DNA from: a virus
Taxonomy: Duplodnaviria; Caudoviricetes
Length of the DNA stretch: 46,895 nt
Reading direction: 5' to 3' (one strand)
Virus record (IMG/VR): IMGVR_UViG_3300043707_000079
Location: 1 to 46,895 of that record
Position numbers and translations under genes: made by a program. Under the pieces are notes generated by a model that saw only the letters and a program-made list of their open reading frames with translations, did not search any database and had not been told where the DNA came from. Below, piece by piece: positions 33,497 through 43,800 of the stretch (position 1 is the first letter of the stretch; each line of letters starts with the position of its first letter).

Positions 33497-34713
33497 GGAA
33501 TGAAGATCACTCCTCCTGGCGGCGAATAGGCCTGCGCGTACCAGTTGGTGCCGTCACGATCTGCCCACACCATCGCAAAGCCGGAAGCCCCGATGTGCAG
33601 CGTGTTCTGCCCGTTAATGAGTGCGCTTGCCGAAGTCTGCACGGTGACATCGGCTGTGCCGGCGTCGATCCAGAAGACGAACGGCGCGGCAAATTGCCCC
33701 GTGGGCGCAGGGATGGTGTCGGTAACAGCGCCGCCAGTGGCGTGGCGAATCACCCGGTTGAGGTCGCTTACCGCAAGAGCGTAGGTTGAAACCGTTTGGC
33801 GGTTGGCTACGAGATCGGCGCAACTCGGGTTAGAAGTCTGTCCGTCCCAGCCCGTCGTGTTGCAGTCAGTGTAATCCGAGCGCAGCACCATGGCGCTGCC
33901 GAAGCCGGGAGCGGTGCGCGAGAGGTTGAAGTTGGTCGAGTCGAAGGTATTGGTGATCGGGTTCGCTACCAGCAAGCGTGCTCTGGCTACGCTGTTTCCA
34001 GGGCTCCAGAAAGGGGCGCCCGTCGAGTCAGGCGTAAGTTGCGCGAGAGGATTGGTCACGGCAGGAGGCAGAGTGCCGTAGCCCATCGAGAGTATGCCCT
34101 GCGTGCCTGAAGTAACGCTCATCGAGTTGTCGCAGATGAGGTTGCCGCTGGTCGGAGTGGTGCAGCCGAGCAGCCCCGAGCCGCCGCCGCCGCCGCCCGC
34201 AGGTGTGCCGCCGACAATGCTGGTTCCGTTGAACGTCAGGTATTCGCCGCTCGCTGGAGCAGGAGTTCCGAGAGGGATCGAGGTCGCGCCGAAGCTCAGG
34301 CGGTTCACGGCGAACTGACCATTAGCCATCGACACGTCGCCCGAAGGAGTGAACCAGCTAGGCGCCCCGGTCGAGGTCGTGAAATTTCCGAACAGCGTAT
34401 TAGGCGCGATTAGGCTCATCGAGAAGCTAAGAGCCGGCGTAGTCGTTGGAGTTGCGACGCTCGTTGTAAAGAGCGGTGCCAGGTTCGTGCTCGAGAAATT
34501 CGAGACCGAGCCGGCGCCGGCGGCGTTGAGCATCGTCCAGGCGCCGCTCTTGCAGACGTAGAGGTCGCCGGTCGAGCCGTTCATCGCAAGGGTCCGGTTG
34601 TCCATGCGGCAAGAGCCGGACGGCGCGCCGGGAAAGATGGCAATGTGGGCGGCACCGGAGGTCTGCCCCAACGCGCAGCCAGAGAGGAGAAGGAAAAGCA
34701 GTAACTTTTTCAT
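33493..34713 (-). CDS. Tail-fibre-like protein with signal peptide / lipobox
   Basis: Start moved to ATG 34713 (MKKLLLFLLLSGC); GAPSGSC...GDLYVCKSGAW; C-terminal DGTNWY motif. Confidence 0.75.
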   Translation of the reverse strand: MKKLLLFLLLSGCALGQTSGAAHIAIFPGAPSGSCRMDNRTLAMNGSTGDLYVCKSGAWTMLNAAGAGSVSNFSSTNLAPLFTTSVATPTTTPALSFSMSLIAPNTLFGNFTTSTGAPSWFTPSGDVSMANGQFAVNRLSFGATSIPLGTPAPASGEYLTFNGTSIVGGTPAGGGGGGSGLLGCTTPTSGNLICDNSMSVTSGTQGILSMGYGTLPPAVTNPLAQLTPDSTGAPFWSPGNSVARARLLVANPITNTFDSTNFNLSRTAPGFGSAMVLRSDYTDCNTTGWDGQTSNPSCADLVANRQTVSTYALAVSDLNRVIRHATGGAVTDTIPAPTGQFAAPFVFWIDAGTADVTVQTSASALINGQNTLHIGASGFAMVWADRDGTNWYAQAYSPPGGVIFIP

Positions 34714-35711
34714 CGCACTAATAACCTCGCAGCCACATTGCCGGGGCGCGGCCCAGACCACATCAGCCGCACAAAGTTAGCCGATACCTGAAAGTCCTTG
34801 CGCCCAGACCGGATTCCCCAACCTGCAAGCATGAGCTGAGTGCTTTCCGGGTTCCCCTCCCAGACGAGCGAGAAGGCTCCGTCCAGGTTCACGTTCGCCG
34901 TCTGCACGAATACCCCGCCTGATTCAAAGTCCCATTCTTCGTCTACATCCGCATCCGGGTCGTAGACCTCAACCGAGAAGCCCTGAAGAGACTTCCCTTC
35001 GGGCGAATCAGGTAACGCGACCGCCATTGAGCGGTCGCCGCTCTGCACCGTTTCGAGGATGGGCTTGCGCTGGATGATGGCGACAGCGGGCGTTGCCGTG
35101 AGCGGGCTGCCTATCGTGATATGCGCCAGCGGGTCGTAGAAGAAGTCGCCTATCTGGTCGCCCTGATGGCGCACCGTCAGCGAGGTTAAACTGTCCCATG
35201 CCGCATGGTTCAAATCGGGCGGGATGCCGCCGCCGGGAATGGTCATGACCGTATACGAGCGGCCATTCAGATAACTCGGAGTCGGACTGACAAATCCGCC
35301 GAAGGTGACAACATCGTTATCATCGAGCGCGGGAACGGAAGAGAACATGCAGCCTGCCCAGGTTGGTTGCCAGTTTGCCTGAATGATTGGAACCTGCGGC
35401 GGCTCGTTGCCGCTCGCAAATGAGATCGTCCCGCGACCGCTCTTCGCGTTGATTGCGAGCGCGGTGATCGGCGTCGAGACAACCTGCAAGTCAGGATTCG
35501 AGGCGCCGGCAATGGTTATCAGGTCCCCCACGTTCGGGACATAGCCCTCGGTGATTAATCCCGTGACCGTCGTCGTTCCGTTGCCCTGCGACTTTGAAAT
35601 CAGGAACCTCGTCGGCGGCACGGTATCGCTCATGCGGCCAAACAACCAGACCGGGGTCCCGGGCTTGGCTGCTATCACCGGGTCGAAGGGGCTCGAACTA
35701 TAGAGTGGCAT
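34710..35711 (-). CDS. Virion protein, paralogue of 3864-4250 with an inserted domain
   Basis: Shared N- and C-terminal motifs with 3864-4250. Confidence 0.65.
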   Translation of the reverse strand: MPLYSSSPFDPVIAAKPGTPVWLFGRMSDTVPPTRFLISKSQGNGTTTVTGLITEGYVPNVGDLITIAGASNPDLQVVSTPITALAINAKSGRGTISFASGNEPPQVPIIQANWQPTWAGCMFSSVPALDDNDVVTFGGFVSPTPSYLNGRSYTVMTIPGGGIPPDLNHAAWDSLTSLTVRHQGDQIGDFFYDPLAHITIGSPLTATPAVAIIQRKPILETVQSGDRSMAVALPDSPEGKSLQGFSVEVYDPDADVDEEWDFESGGVFVQTANVNLDGAFSLVWEGNPESTQLMLAGWGIRSGRKDFQVSANFVRLMWSGPRPGNVAARLLVR

Positions 35712-35733
35712 TTCAGTTTCGCTTTTCTTTTGA

Positions 35734-35762
35734 TTGACTTGCGGAGAATCCTTGGCTATCCT
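35734..35762 (+). promoter_or_regulatory. Sigma70 promoter of an antisense moron gene
   Basis: TTGACT-17 bp-TATCCT with a T-rich upstream element. Confidence 0.7.
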
Positions 35763-35791
35763 CGGACACTGGTTCTAAAGGGGGCTCAAAC

Positions 35792-35929
35792 ATGGTTGCC
35801 GCATTTGAACTTGGGCTGGGACTTCTGGGCGCTTGGCTCGCGCTCTGGTTTGTCATCTATGTGATAGCCGGCGCCGTCATGGTTCTCGAAGCCCTGGTCA
35901 AAAGCAAACCTACTCGCCTCCCTCAATAG
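35792..35929 (+). CDS. 45 aa hydrophobic membrane protein (moron; not in ORF track)
   Basis: AAGGGGG RBS; MVAAFELGLGLLGAWLALWFVIYVIAGAVMVLEALVKSKPTRLPQ. Confidence 0.65.
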   Translation: MVAAFELGLGLLGAWLALWFVIYVIAGAVMVLEALVKSKPTRLPQ

Positions 35930-37586
35930 TTCTCCTCGCGACCCGCTTTATCTGCTGGTTGAAGGCTTTGCCCCAGGACTCCTCTTCACCCGCTTTCTTG
36001 AAAGCGTTGAACTCTTCCGGAGTCTTCGAGTATTCGTGGATTCCCCCGCCACGCGACATTATCTCGAGCTTCTGCCCCGCGGGGTCGTACGAATAGCCCT
36101 TCATCATGCTCGACTCAACCGGCGTGAACCGTTCGGGCATCGGACCTTCCGCGGTAGTGCTGCGTTTACCTGCTGACTTCTCGGGAGGCGTTTGCTCCTC
36201 GCCCTTCTCTTCGGCCTTCTGCCGTTCGCCTTCTTCTATCGACCGCTTGAACTCGCGCTCGAACTCGTCCTCGATAGTCGGCGGTCCTGACGGCTGCCGT
36301 TCAAGCTGTTCCCTGAACCGCTCCTGAAATGCCCGCTCCTCCGGAGTCATCTCGTCGGTTTGAACTGGCGCGGTATCTGGTTCCCGGGCAGGAGAAGTTT
36401 CAATCCGTGGCTGCTCCTCAATGGCTCTCGGAAACGAGATAGGCCGCTGGCTTACGGGTGCGCGGCCCGGAGTAATCGGGGGCGTTTGCGTAACAGGTCC
36501 ACGCCGCGGCGGCAGCCTCTCGGGTCTCGCAGGGGGCGTCCAATCCGAGCCCGTCGCTTCTTCGACCGAGGGCGGATTCCACTCTGCCTGAGCCCGGGCA
36601 GGAACAAACGGTGCACCCGTCCGGGCTGGTTCAAGCGTACTCGGCCGCACAGGTACTCTGCGTATCGCAGGCGACGGTTGCGTCTCGCTTAGAGTGGGCT
36701 CGAATCCCGGCTGATCCCAGCGCGGGGGCTCGGCTTCGCGTAGAGGCTCAAGAGTGCTCGGCTGCGCCGCCCTGGTTCTCGCTATAGGTTGCGCCCATGG
36801 AGGCGTCCAATCGGAAGCCACAGGGCCGCCAGTTTCAGGAGTTCTGAGAGGCTCGAGAGTGCTCGGCCGCGCCTCGCCGCGCGCTATGCGTACCGGAGGC
36901 TGGTATTCACTGGCTACAGGTTCGCCTTCAGGCGGCTGCCAGTCGACTCGAGTAGGACCGGCTCGCAGTTCCTCGAGAGATGGTACCCCGGCACCCGGGG
37001 CACCGCGTACGTATCCTTCCGGATTCAGGTATTCCTGCGGGTACGTTGGGACATTCGCAGGGCCGCCGGTGACCATTGGATAGACTGCGGGATCAGGACG
37101 CGACCAGATTCTGTTAAGGTTCTCACCGAGACCGCGAACCGCTGCGATACCTTTGCTCAGGCGCCCGAAGAGCGGAACGTCGGCAATGTCCACGGCGCCC
37201 TGCGCGAGAGCCCGTACGGTCGGCGACTCGGCGGCTGGACCCATCATTCGCATCCCTAATGCCTGTTGCAGAGCCTGCTGCTCCCGCTGACCCTGGTAGT
37301 TGACATCCATGAGGTCGCTCGGAGTTGGATAACGTGTTCCTCCGCGAATAGCCGAGCTCACGTAGCCCACATCGCTTCGCGGACGTTCCGGATTCGGAAC
37401 CGTCATGCGCACGTCGCCCGGAGGTTGAGCGATATTCTGTCTGGTAGGGAATTGCCGCTGCAAAACCGTCTGTATCGCTGAGTCCTCCATGAAATGGGGG
37501 AACTGCGCCTGCGTCCCATCGGGAAGGTTTATCACCTTGGGAGCTGGCGCCTGGTCGGTCTGATCGGCCTGGTTCTGCGGAGGCAT
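35910..37586 (-). CDS. Putative internal/ejection protein with C-terminal KTSC domain
   Basis: N-terminal INLPDGTQAQFP; Pro-rich repeats; PVESSMMKGYSYDP...SWGKAFNQQIK. Confidence 0.7.
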   Translation of the reverse strand: MPPQNQADQTDQAPAPKVINLPDGTQAQFPHFMEDSAIQTVLQRQFPTRQNIAQPPGDVRMTVPNPERPRSDVGYVSSAIRGGTRYPTPSDLMDVNYQGQREQQALQQALGMRMMGPAAESPTVRALAQGAVDIADVPLFGRLSKGIAAVRGLGENLNRIWSRPDPAVYPMVTGGPANVPTYPQEYLNPEGYVRGAPGAGVPSLEELRAGPTRVDWQPPEGEPVASEYQPPVRIARGEARPSTLEPLRTPETGGPVASDWTPPWAQPIARTRAAQPSTLEPLREAEPPRWDQPGFEPTLSETQPSPAIRRVPVRPSTLEPARTGAPFVPARAQAEWNPPSVEEATGSDWTPPARPERLPPRRGPVTQTPPITPGRAPVSQRPISFPRAIEEQPRIETSPAREPDTAPVQTDEMTPEERAFQERFREQLERQPSGPPTIEDEFEREFKRSIEEGERQKAEEKGEEQTPPEKSAGKRSTTAEGPMPERFTPVESSMMKGYSYDPAGQKLEIMSRGGGIHEYSKTPEEFNAFKKAGEEESWGKAFNQQIKRVARRTIEGGE

Positions 37587-39308
37587 TTATTCGATCTGTC
37601 CGGTATTCGGGTTGTAAGTTCGCACTCTTCCGCCGGCGCCGCCCTGCGCGGCTGGCGCGGCTGGTTGAGCTCTGGTTCCAGTCGGCTGCGCCGTTCCCGT
37701 CTGCCTGATCTGCTGAACGTTCTTGGAGAAAGTCGCGGCGCTCGCTCTCGCGCTCTTTATCGCGCCCATGATTCCATCCGGACCGTCGCCCCAGTGGAGG
37801 ACAGCATTAGAGGCGCTCTCTACCTGGTTGCTGCCCCGCATCCCGTGAACCGACTGGTTTACCCTGCCGATATTGTCCTTGATGTTGCGCAGGGTAGTAA
37901 TGTCAGGGTCGTCTGAACCGACCATGGCCTCAACCTGAGTAATCCTCCCATGGACGGGTCCGAAGAGTTCCGGCCGGCGTCTTACAATATCCTCCAGGTT
38001 ATCCAGGTTCTCGTTCAGATTGTCGGCATAGTCGGCGCGGTTCTGTTCAGTGGCTGTGACTTTCCCGAATTGCCCGGAAGGGACGGCACCCGGCGCAAGA
38101 GTCTGTCCGCCTCTTACGGTCTGCGCCTGATAGCCGCCTCCAGGGGCAGGCACCATGAACATTGCCTGCGGCGGCGGGTTGGTATTCATGTAGGCTTCGT
38201 AGGGAGTAGCCCCGCGGTGCGTTGCCATGTAAGACTTCATGGCCTGGTCCCGGGCGGGGTCGTTCTTCGAGGCATTCTGCGCCGCGGCCATTATGCCGAG
38301 CGCCTGCTGCGTCGAATAGCCCTCGCGTTTGAGGTCCTGAAAGGCTTGTGTCTGATAGTTCCCCTCGGCTTGCTTCGGGTCAAGCTGCTGGCCGTTGTAC
38401 ATGATGGGTTGTATGCCCTGCGGACCTCGACTGAAGAGTCCCTCCTGCGTCTGCAATAGGTCGCCCTCCTCGAATTTTTGCTGCTCGAGCTGGGCTCTCG
38501 TCTCCGCCGTTCTCGCCTGCGCCGCCGCGGTCTGCGCCTCCTGCTGCCTGATCGGGATTTCCGCCTGCGCAACCTGCGCGGACACTTCCTGCGGGTAAGT
38601 CCGTTGCAGGTCGGCGGCAACCGCCTGCCTGTGCATCATGGTGCCAGGAATCTGTTCCATGACGCCGGGGGCAATGATGTCGCCCGCAATGTTGCCGGCG
38701 AGCGCGAGCCCGTGCAGTATCTTGCCGCCGATTCCAGGTATTGCGGATATGTCGTTGCCAGGATGGTGCTGCGCGAGGAACCTCTGCCTGGCCTGTTCTT
38801 GCAGGTTCCACTCCGCGGTGCCCACAGGCGCCGTAGGTTCGAGATCTCGGAGTATCTGCTGATAAGCCGCTCTGCCGGCCTCGTGCATCAGGTTCGGCGG
38901 AATGATTGATCCCGGCTGTATCTGCGGCTGAAGGAGCTCGCCCTGCCTCGTAAGTCGCGGGACTCCAAGGCTCGACGCCGGCATCTGATTCGGAATCGGC
39001 GTTTCAGTTCCAGGCATGTCATGGAACCCGATGCCTGCAACTACGTCGCGTATTGACCGCTGCTGCCTGCCCTGCTCTTCCTCTGGAATCGGCGGCATTC
39101 CATACTCGATTGCTCCCCGTCCTGGCAGCGTACCGTAGGGTATTGTCGGCGGCGGGGCCGCGACTGGCGGTGCTGCGGTAGTCCTGTAGGCGGGCACCGG
39201 TCCCTGTCCGATTCCCTGCGTGATAGCGCGTATGCGGTCTACGGTTTCTTCGGGCGTCAGCCCGGGAATCACCGGAGGAGCATACGGGTCTGGCTGATTG
39301 TTAGCCAT
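37587..39308 (-). CDS. Putative internal/ejection protein
   Basis: 573 aa, Q/A/P-rich; position matches podovirus ejection genes. Confidence 0.6.
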   Translation of the reverse strand: MANNQPDPYAPPVIPGLTPEETVDRIRAITQGIGQGPVPAYRTTAAPPVAAPPPTIPYGTLPGRGAIEYGMPPIPEEEQGRQQRSIRDVVAGIGFHDMPGTETPIPNQMPASSLGVPRLTRQGELLQPQIQPGSIIPPNLMHEAGRAAYQQILRDLEPTAPVGTAEWNLQEQARQRFLAQHHPGNDISAIPGIGGKILHGLALAGNIAGDIIAPGVMEQIPGTMMHRQAVAADLQRTYPQEVSAQVAQAEIPIRQQEAQTAAAQARTAETRAQLEQQKFEEGDLLQTQEGLFSRGPQGIQPIMYNGQQLDPKQAEGNYQTQAFQDLKREGYSTQQALGIMAAAQNASKNDPARDQAMKSYMATHRGATPYEAYMNTNPPPQAMFMVPAPGGGYQAQTVRGGQTLAPGAVPSGQFGKVTATEQNRADYADNLNENLDNLEDIVRRRPELFGPVHGRITQVEAMVGSDDPDITTLRNIKDNIGRVNQSVHGMRGSNQVESASNAVLHWGDGPDGIMGAIKSARASAATFSKNVQQIRQTGTAQPTGTRAQPAAPAAQGGAGGRVRTYNPNTGQIE

Positions 39309-39309
39309 C

Positions 39310-39861
39310 CTACCCGCTTATCGCGAAGCCTCCATCGGCGCCTTTGCTATAACCTGCGCCGCGCAGGGCACCAATCAGTCCGGTCATATTCTGGAACCAT
39401 CCGGTCTGGTTCGCACGTGCGGCGGCATCGACATCCTCGGGTATCAGCCCGTAGGCTTTCATGGCGTTCCCTAGCTGCGTTCCGTACAAGCCTTCGCCTA
39501 ACTGCAAGCCCTGCATCTGGCGCTGGAGCGCCAGGTTCTGTACTCCGAGTCCGCTCGCCGCGTCCTGGCGCATCTTGTCGCGCGCCGCCTCATCGAGCGA
39601 CATCCCGAAACCGCCGGCGTTACGGGCTCGCATCGACTGTAGGTCGGCCGCGCCCTGGATGCCAGAGAGCGCACCGCCAGATTCCTGCTGCCCCGCGACC
39701 AGCATGTTGTTCATCTGCTGCGGCGTCATGCCGCTCTGCATGATCGGGGTAAGCGCGCTCGTGAGCGTTTGCCCGGTCACGCCAGCCTGTCCCATCAGCT
39801 GGTTGCCGGTCTGCCCCGCCTGCTGTCCTGCCTGCTGCGCTTGTGCTACTGCTGATCTCAT
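39310..39861 (-). CDS. Putative ejection (pilot) protein
   Basis: 183 aa, G/A/Q-rich; first of three ejection-like genes. Confidence 0.6.
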   Translation of the reverse strand: MRSAVAQAQQAGQQAGQTGNQLMGQAGVTGQTLTSALTPIMQSGMTPQQMNNMLVAGQQESGGALSGIQGAADLQSMRARNAGGFGMSLDEAARDKMRQDAASGLGVQNLALQRQMQGLQLGEGLYGTQLGNAMKAYGLIPEDVDAAARANQTGWFQNMTGLIGALRGAGYSKGADGGFAISG

Positions 39862-39863
39862 CG

Positions 39864-40265
39864 TTATTCGAGTTCGTAGGTGTACTTAGTCCAGCCCCGG
39901 TCCTTCTTCCAGCCGTGCTCGACCAATCGGGCGCCGAACCTCCGCTCTACTTCGGGCGGGAGCACACAGTACAACTGGTCAAGCCCAATCTCGCGCGCCT
40001 TCTCGAGCAGGTCTTTCTGCATGATCTGGAGCCCGAAGAACCGCTCGAACGGCGTCGCAGACTTGTGGTCGAGGAAGAGGTAGCACTCTCCCTCGAGTTT
40101 GACCACAACCGCGGCCATGAGCTTCCCTTCATGGCGCAGCGAGCGTTGGATAGCGAAGCGCGAATCGGAGAGGTCGGGAAACTTGAAATCAAACCCCGAT
40201 TCCTCGTGGATGCGCCTGAGCTCCGGCACCTCGCCGTCTTCCTTCAAAATGTCGCCCACATTCAT
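39864..40265 (-). CDS. GNAT-fold-like virion assembly protein
   Basis: AREIGLDQLYCV...RLVEHGW; position before the ejection genes. Confidence 0.5.
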   Translation of the reverse strand: MNVGDILKEDGEVPELRRIHEESGFDFKFPDLSDSRFAIQRSLRHEGKLMAAVVVKLEGECYLFLDHKSATPFERFFGLQIMQKDLLEKAREIGLDQLYCVLPPEVERRFGARLVEHGWKKDRGWTKYTYELE

Positions 40266-40843
40266 ATCTGTACGCTGCGCTTCGGACCCTGCGGGCCCCG
40301 CTTCCCGAATGTCCCGAAGCCCTGCCCGCCCTGCTGGCCGTTCGGCGCCGCGGTGCCGCTTCCCGTCGAGGGCAGCAGCGTCATGTTGGTTGTACCCGTC
40401 ATCTGGACCGCGGTAGGCGAGCCCTGCGGGCCTAGTAGTACATGTGGGCTTGGCTTCGAACCGGGATATTGTGAATAACCCCTAAAGTAATAACTCTGCG
40501 GCGCACCAGTATCGTCATTTGCCGGTAGGCTAAGGACTCGCCCGCGTGACGTGCCAAGGTGCTCCACGTGAGGGGCGAGGAAGTTGGGCTCGTTCGCATA
40601 TTCCAGAAAATAATGGATGTTCCGAGAAAGGGCAGAGTTATCAGTAATCGTGACATGCGCGGTCTCTCCGCTTACTTTGACGTTGACAGCCTGGATCGGC
40701 GCGGGCTGGGCCACGTCTCCGACCGGAGATGCTCCCGCACTGCGCCCCAGGCGGTTGATGGCGTCTTCAACGAGGCGAAAAGCCGCCGCGGTCTCGCGGT
40801 CTCTAACTTGTATGGCCTGGGTATGTTTGCTGAGGTCGAGCAT
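40262..40843 (-). CDS. Putative tail protein
   Basis: 193 aa, coupled to the nozzle gene. Confidence 0.55.
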   Translation of the reverse strand: MLDLSKHTQAIQVRDRETAAAFRLVEDAINRLGRSAGASPVGDVAQPAPIQAVNVKVSGETAHVTITDNSALSRNIHYFLEYANEPNFLAPHVEHLGTSRGRVLSLPANDDTGAPQSYYFRGYSQYPGSKPSPHVLLGPQGSPTAVQMTGTTNMTLLPSTGSGTAAPNGQQGGQGFGTFGKRGPQGPKRSVQI

Positions 40844-43800
40844 CAGTTGACACCGCGCACTGGCGACCAGGCGCTCTTGACTACGCTCAAAACCACTTCC
40901 GAGAGCCCGAAGTTATCGGCGTTGCCGTTGGTTGAGAACTCGAGATAGAGCCTCTGCCCCTCGAGGTTGAACGGCACCTCGCGGTTGTGGTCTACAGGGC
41001 AGGTAAGCTGGACGCCCCCGGGCACCGTGTAGGGATAAGCCGGATTCAGGTTGTTGATGAGCGCGCGCAGCTTCAGGAGGCCAGCGCCCGAAATGTTATA
41101 CGAGCTGTACTTATAGAGCTTGCGGTACATTCCGACCATCTGCCCGAACTGCTGCGCCTGCTCGGGCGCCGGCATCCCGTAAGTGGTATAGAGCCCGTTG
41201 ATCGGTATACCGTCGTCATTGAGCGCGTTGTCATCGAGCATGTATACTTTCGAGTTCTGGCGTCCGTTCCCGATGAAGTAGGCGTCGTTCCCGTCCGGGC
41301 GCCTCACGAAGTCCGAGTAGGGGCTCGGTATCTGCCAGATACTCCACTTGCGCGACATGTCCCAGGCTATGAGGCGTCCCGAGAACGAGAGTTTCACGGG
41401 ACCACGTTCAGCAAGTTCGGATGCGCGTTGCAGCTCCTTGTAGGAGCAGGCGAGCATTACGTTCGGAGTGGTTGGATTTGCATTAAGAGGCGCATCAGGC
41501 AGCCAGGGGTTGGGGGTAGCTAAAGGCACCTGGACCATGATGCGCCTTTGCGCCGTGTCGTTTCTTACCACTATTGTATGCCCGAAAGCCCAGTTGATGG
41601 CGTCCCAGACATTCTGTATTTCCTGCGAGATTTTAATGGGCTCGGTGCCCGAGAAGATGTAAAGGCCCTTGCGGCACGCGGTAATCATCCACTCTTCGCC
41701 CCCGCCGGTCGCGCTCGAAGCGTCGTAGGCATGGATGCCGGCAGTGCCGACCACATTCGAGACTTCCCGGATTTTCCAGTCGGCGGGTTCATCCGATGGA
41801 GAGTCCTGGGTCGAGAACATAGAGCTGGTTTTGAGGAAGTAGAGCAGGTCGTACTGGGTGAACGCACCCATTACCGGCTGGTTGTTCTGTATGCTCACGC
41901 CGAGGTCGCCTGACACTCCGTCCACGGCTTCGAGGTTCCCGATATAGCTCGTCATCACGTCGGTTACAAGCTGGGGCTGGTCGGTCGGGTAAATCTCGAA
42001 GCGGTCGATTTCGATGTCGGCGCCCGCGGGAAGCTGGTCGCTGTAGAGGCGCAGTTCGAGGTCGGTCGGGACGTTGAGCGGGAGGCTGCCCTTTACGAGT
42101 ATCGGCAGCGTCAGCGTCTGGAACTCGGTAGACATTTCGGTGAGCGGAAAGTTGGCGCTCCCGTAAATGTGCCCCTGCTGGTTGTAGCTGACGAGATCGA
42201 GGATCAGCGAACCCCCCTGAGTGGTGATGCCCGAAGGCGAGCGGATGTCGATGCGCACCGAGTAGTTGGTGTTTGGTCTCAGAATCGGCACCATGTAGGC
42301 GTCCTGATAGGCGCCCTGGAAGATGGCACCGTAACCGCCGCCCGGGTCCGAACCGTCGCTCACGATGTAGTAGGAGAAGCCGAAGATGGGCGAAAAGCGT
42401 ATCTCGCCGCCGAGCGCGTTGTGGGTCGAGGTCGGCGTCCAGCCGGCAGGATAGTGGTGCTGCCCGGGCGTATTGTACCCGCCGTCGAAAGTTGTGTTTA
42501 TGAGGTTCTGCACCTTGTTGTTCTGCATCAGGTAACAGTTCCGGCCGGCGTAAGGAACAATCGCCATTGAGGAGCCTATCTCGATCTGGTTGAAGAGATT
42601 ATTCCCTGGTATGTCTATGCCGATTGCGGCCATCAGCACGGCGTCGGTGAAGGTGAAGGTCTTCGAGGTCGTAACGTTGTCCGCGATTCTCGTGGCCGAG
42701 TAATTGAGCGGCTGCCCCGCGTTCGGGATGGTAACGTCCCGCGGTATGTAGAAGAAATTCCCACCGTTCGATGGCGTGAAGGCGACGATGCGCGCGACAA
42801 CGTTCGGCGGTCCTATCGGTATGTTCTGGCAGGCAATCGAAGAGTCGTTCGAGGTAATGCCGAAAGTAACAGGCGGCGAGGGGGCAGTGAGGTAACCGTT
42901 TCTCGTCTCGAAGATGCAGACGGCCTGGCGTACGCCCTCGGTCAGCCCTCCGGTAAGCGAAACTGTCCCGCCGCCGGCGGGCGCATTGTCTGTGCCTCCG
43001 CTGAGAGCCGGGAAGATAGCCGATACCGACGTTCCCGAAGGCGCTGCCGCCTGCTCGATGGCCTTCGAGAGTCCCGGGTCGAACTGGTAGACGGTTCCCA
43101 TCTCGACCGCGTTCCCGTTTTCAACCGCCGCTGCCACGTCGGCATAGCCGGGAATCCTGACCGTGAAGCTCGAGGTTGTGGCCGACTCGACCGGCGCCTG
43201 GGTGACGTTGAATATCGAACTGCCTGCCGAGGGTCCGGTTGTAAGGAATGGTCCGTTGACGCATCCGGTGATGGTGACGAACGAGCCCGCGCTTGGGAGG
43301 GCCCCGTTAACCAGAGTGAAATCGTATGTGGCAACGCCGTTCAAAAGGCTGGTGCCGGTGATGGTGTACTGTCCGCCGTTGACAGCTTTCAAGATTGTCC
43401 ACTGCCCCGCCCAGCTGCCGACTCCCGTGCCCTGGATGGTGATCTGGTCGCCCGCCTGGAACGTGGCGGGCTTAGTCAAGGTGAGCGTGGCAAGCGTCGG
43501 CTGATAATTGCCGGCCGCGGTATGGCCGACATGTGCGTTCTGCGGCGAGGTAAGAACGGTGTGTACCGTAAACATCCAGCGGTTCGAGCCCGCGCCCGGA
43601 GGAGTGGCAAAGCCGGCGTCGGTGACGATGTAAGTTCCGCTCAGATCGGGCGTGAAATCTCCGCCTATGCCGCTCAGATAGATTCCCTGACCTACGACGA
43701 TGAAGGGGTTAGGACCCGGAGGCACGGTGCCCGGGCGGTAGAAGATGGTCAGCGTATTGCCCGGAGCCTCGGACGACGGTCCCTGCGACCAGAGTGCGTC

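Noticed and set aside
29532-34713. Diversity-generating retroelement targeting the fibre genes
   Set aside because: No reverse transcriptase and no TR/VR repeat pair were seen.
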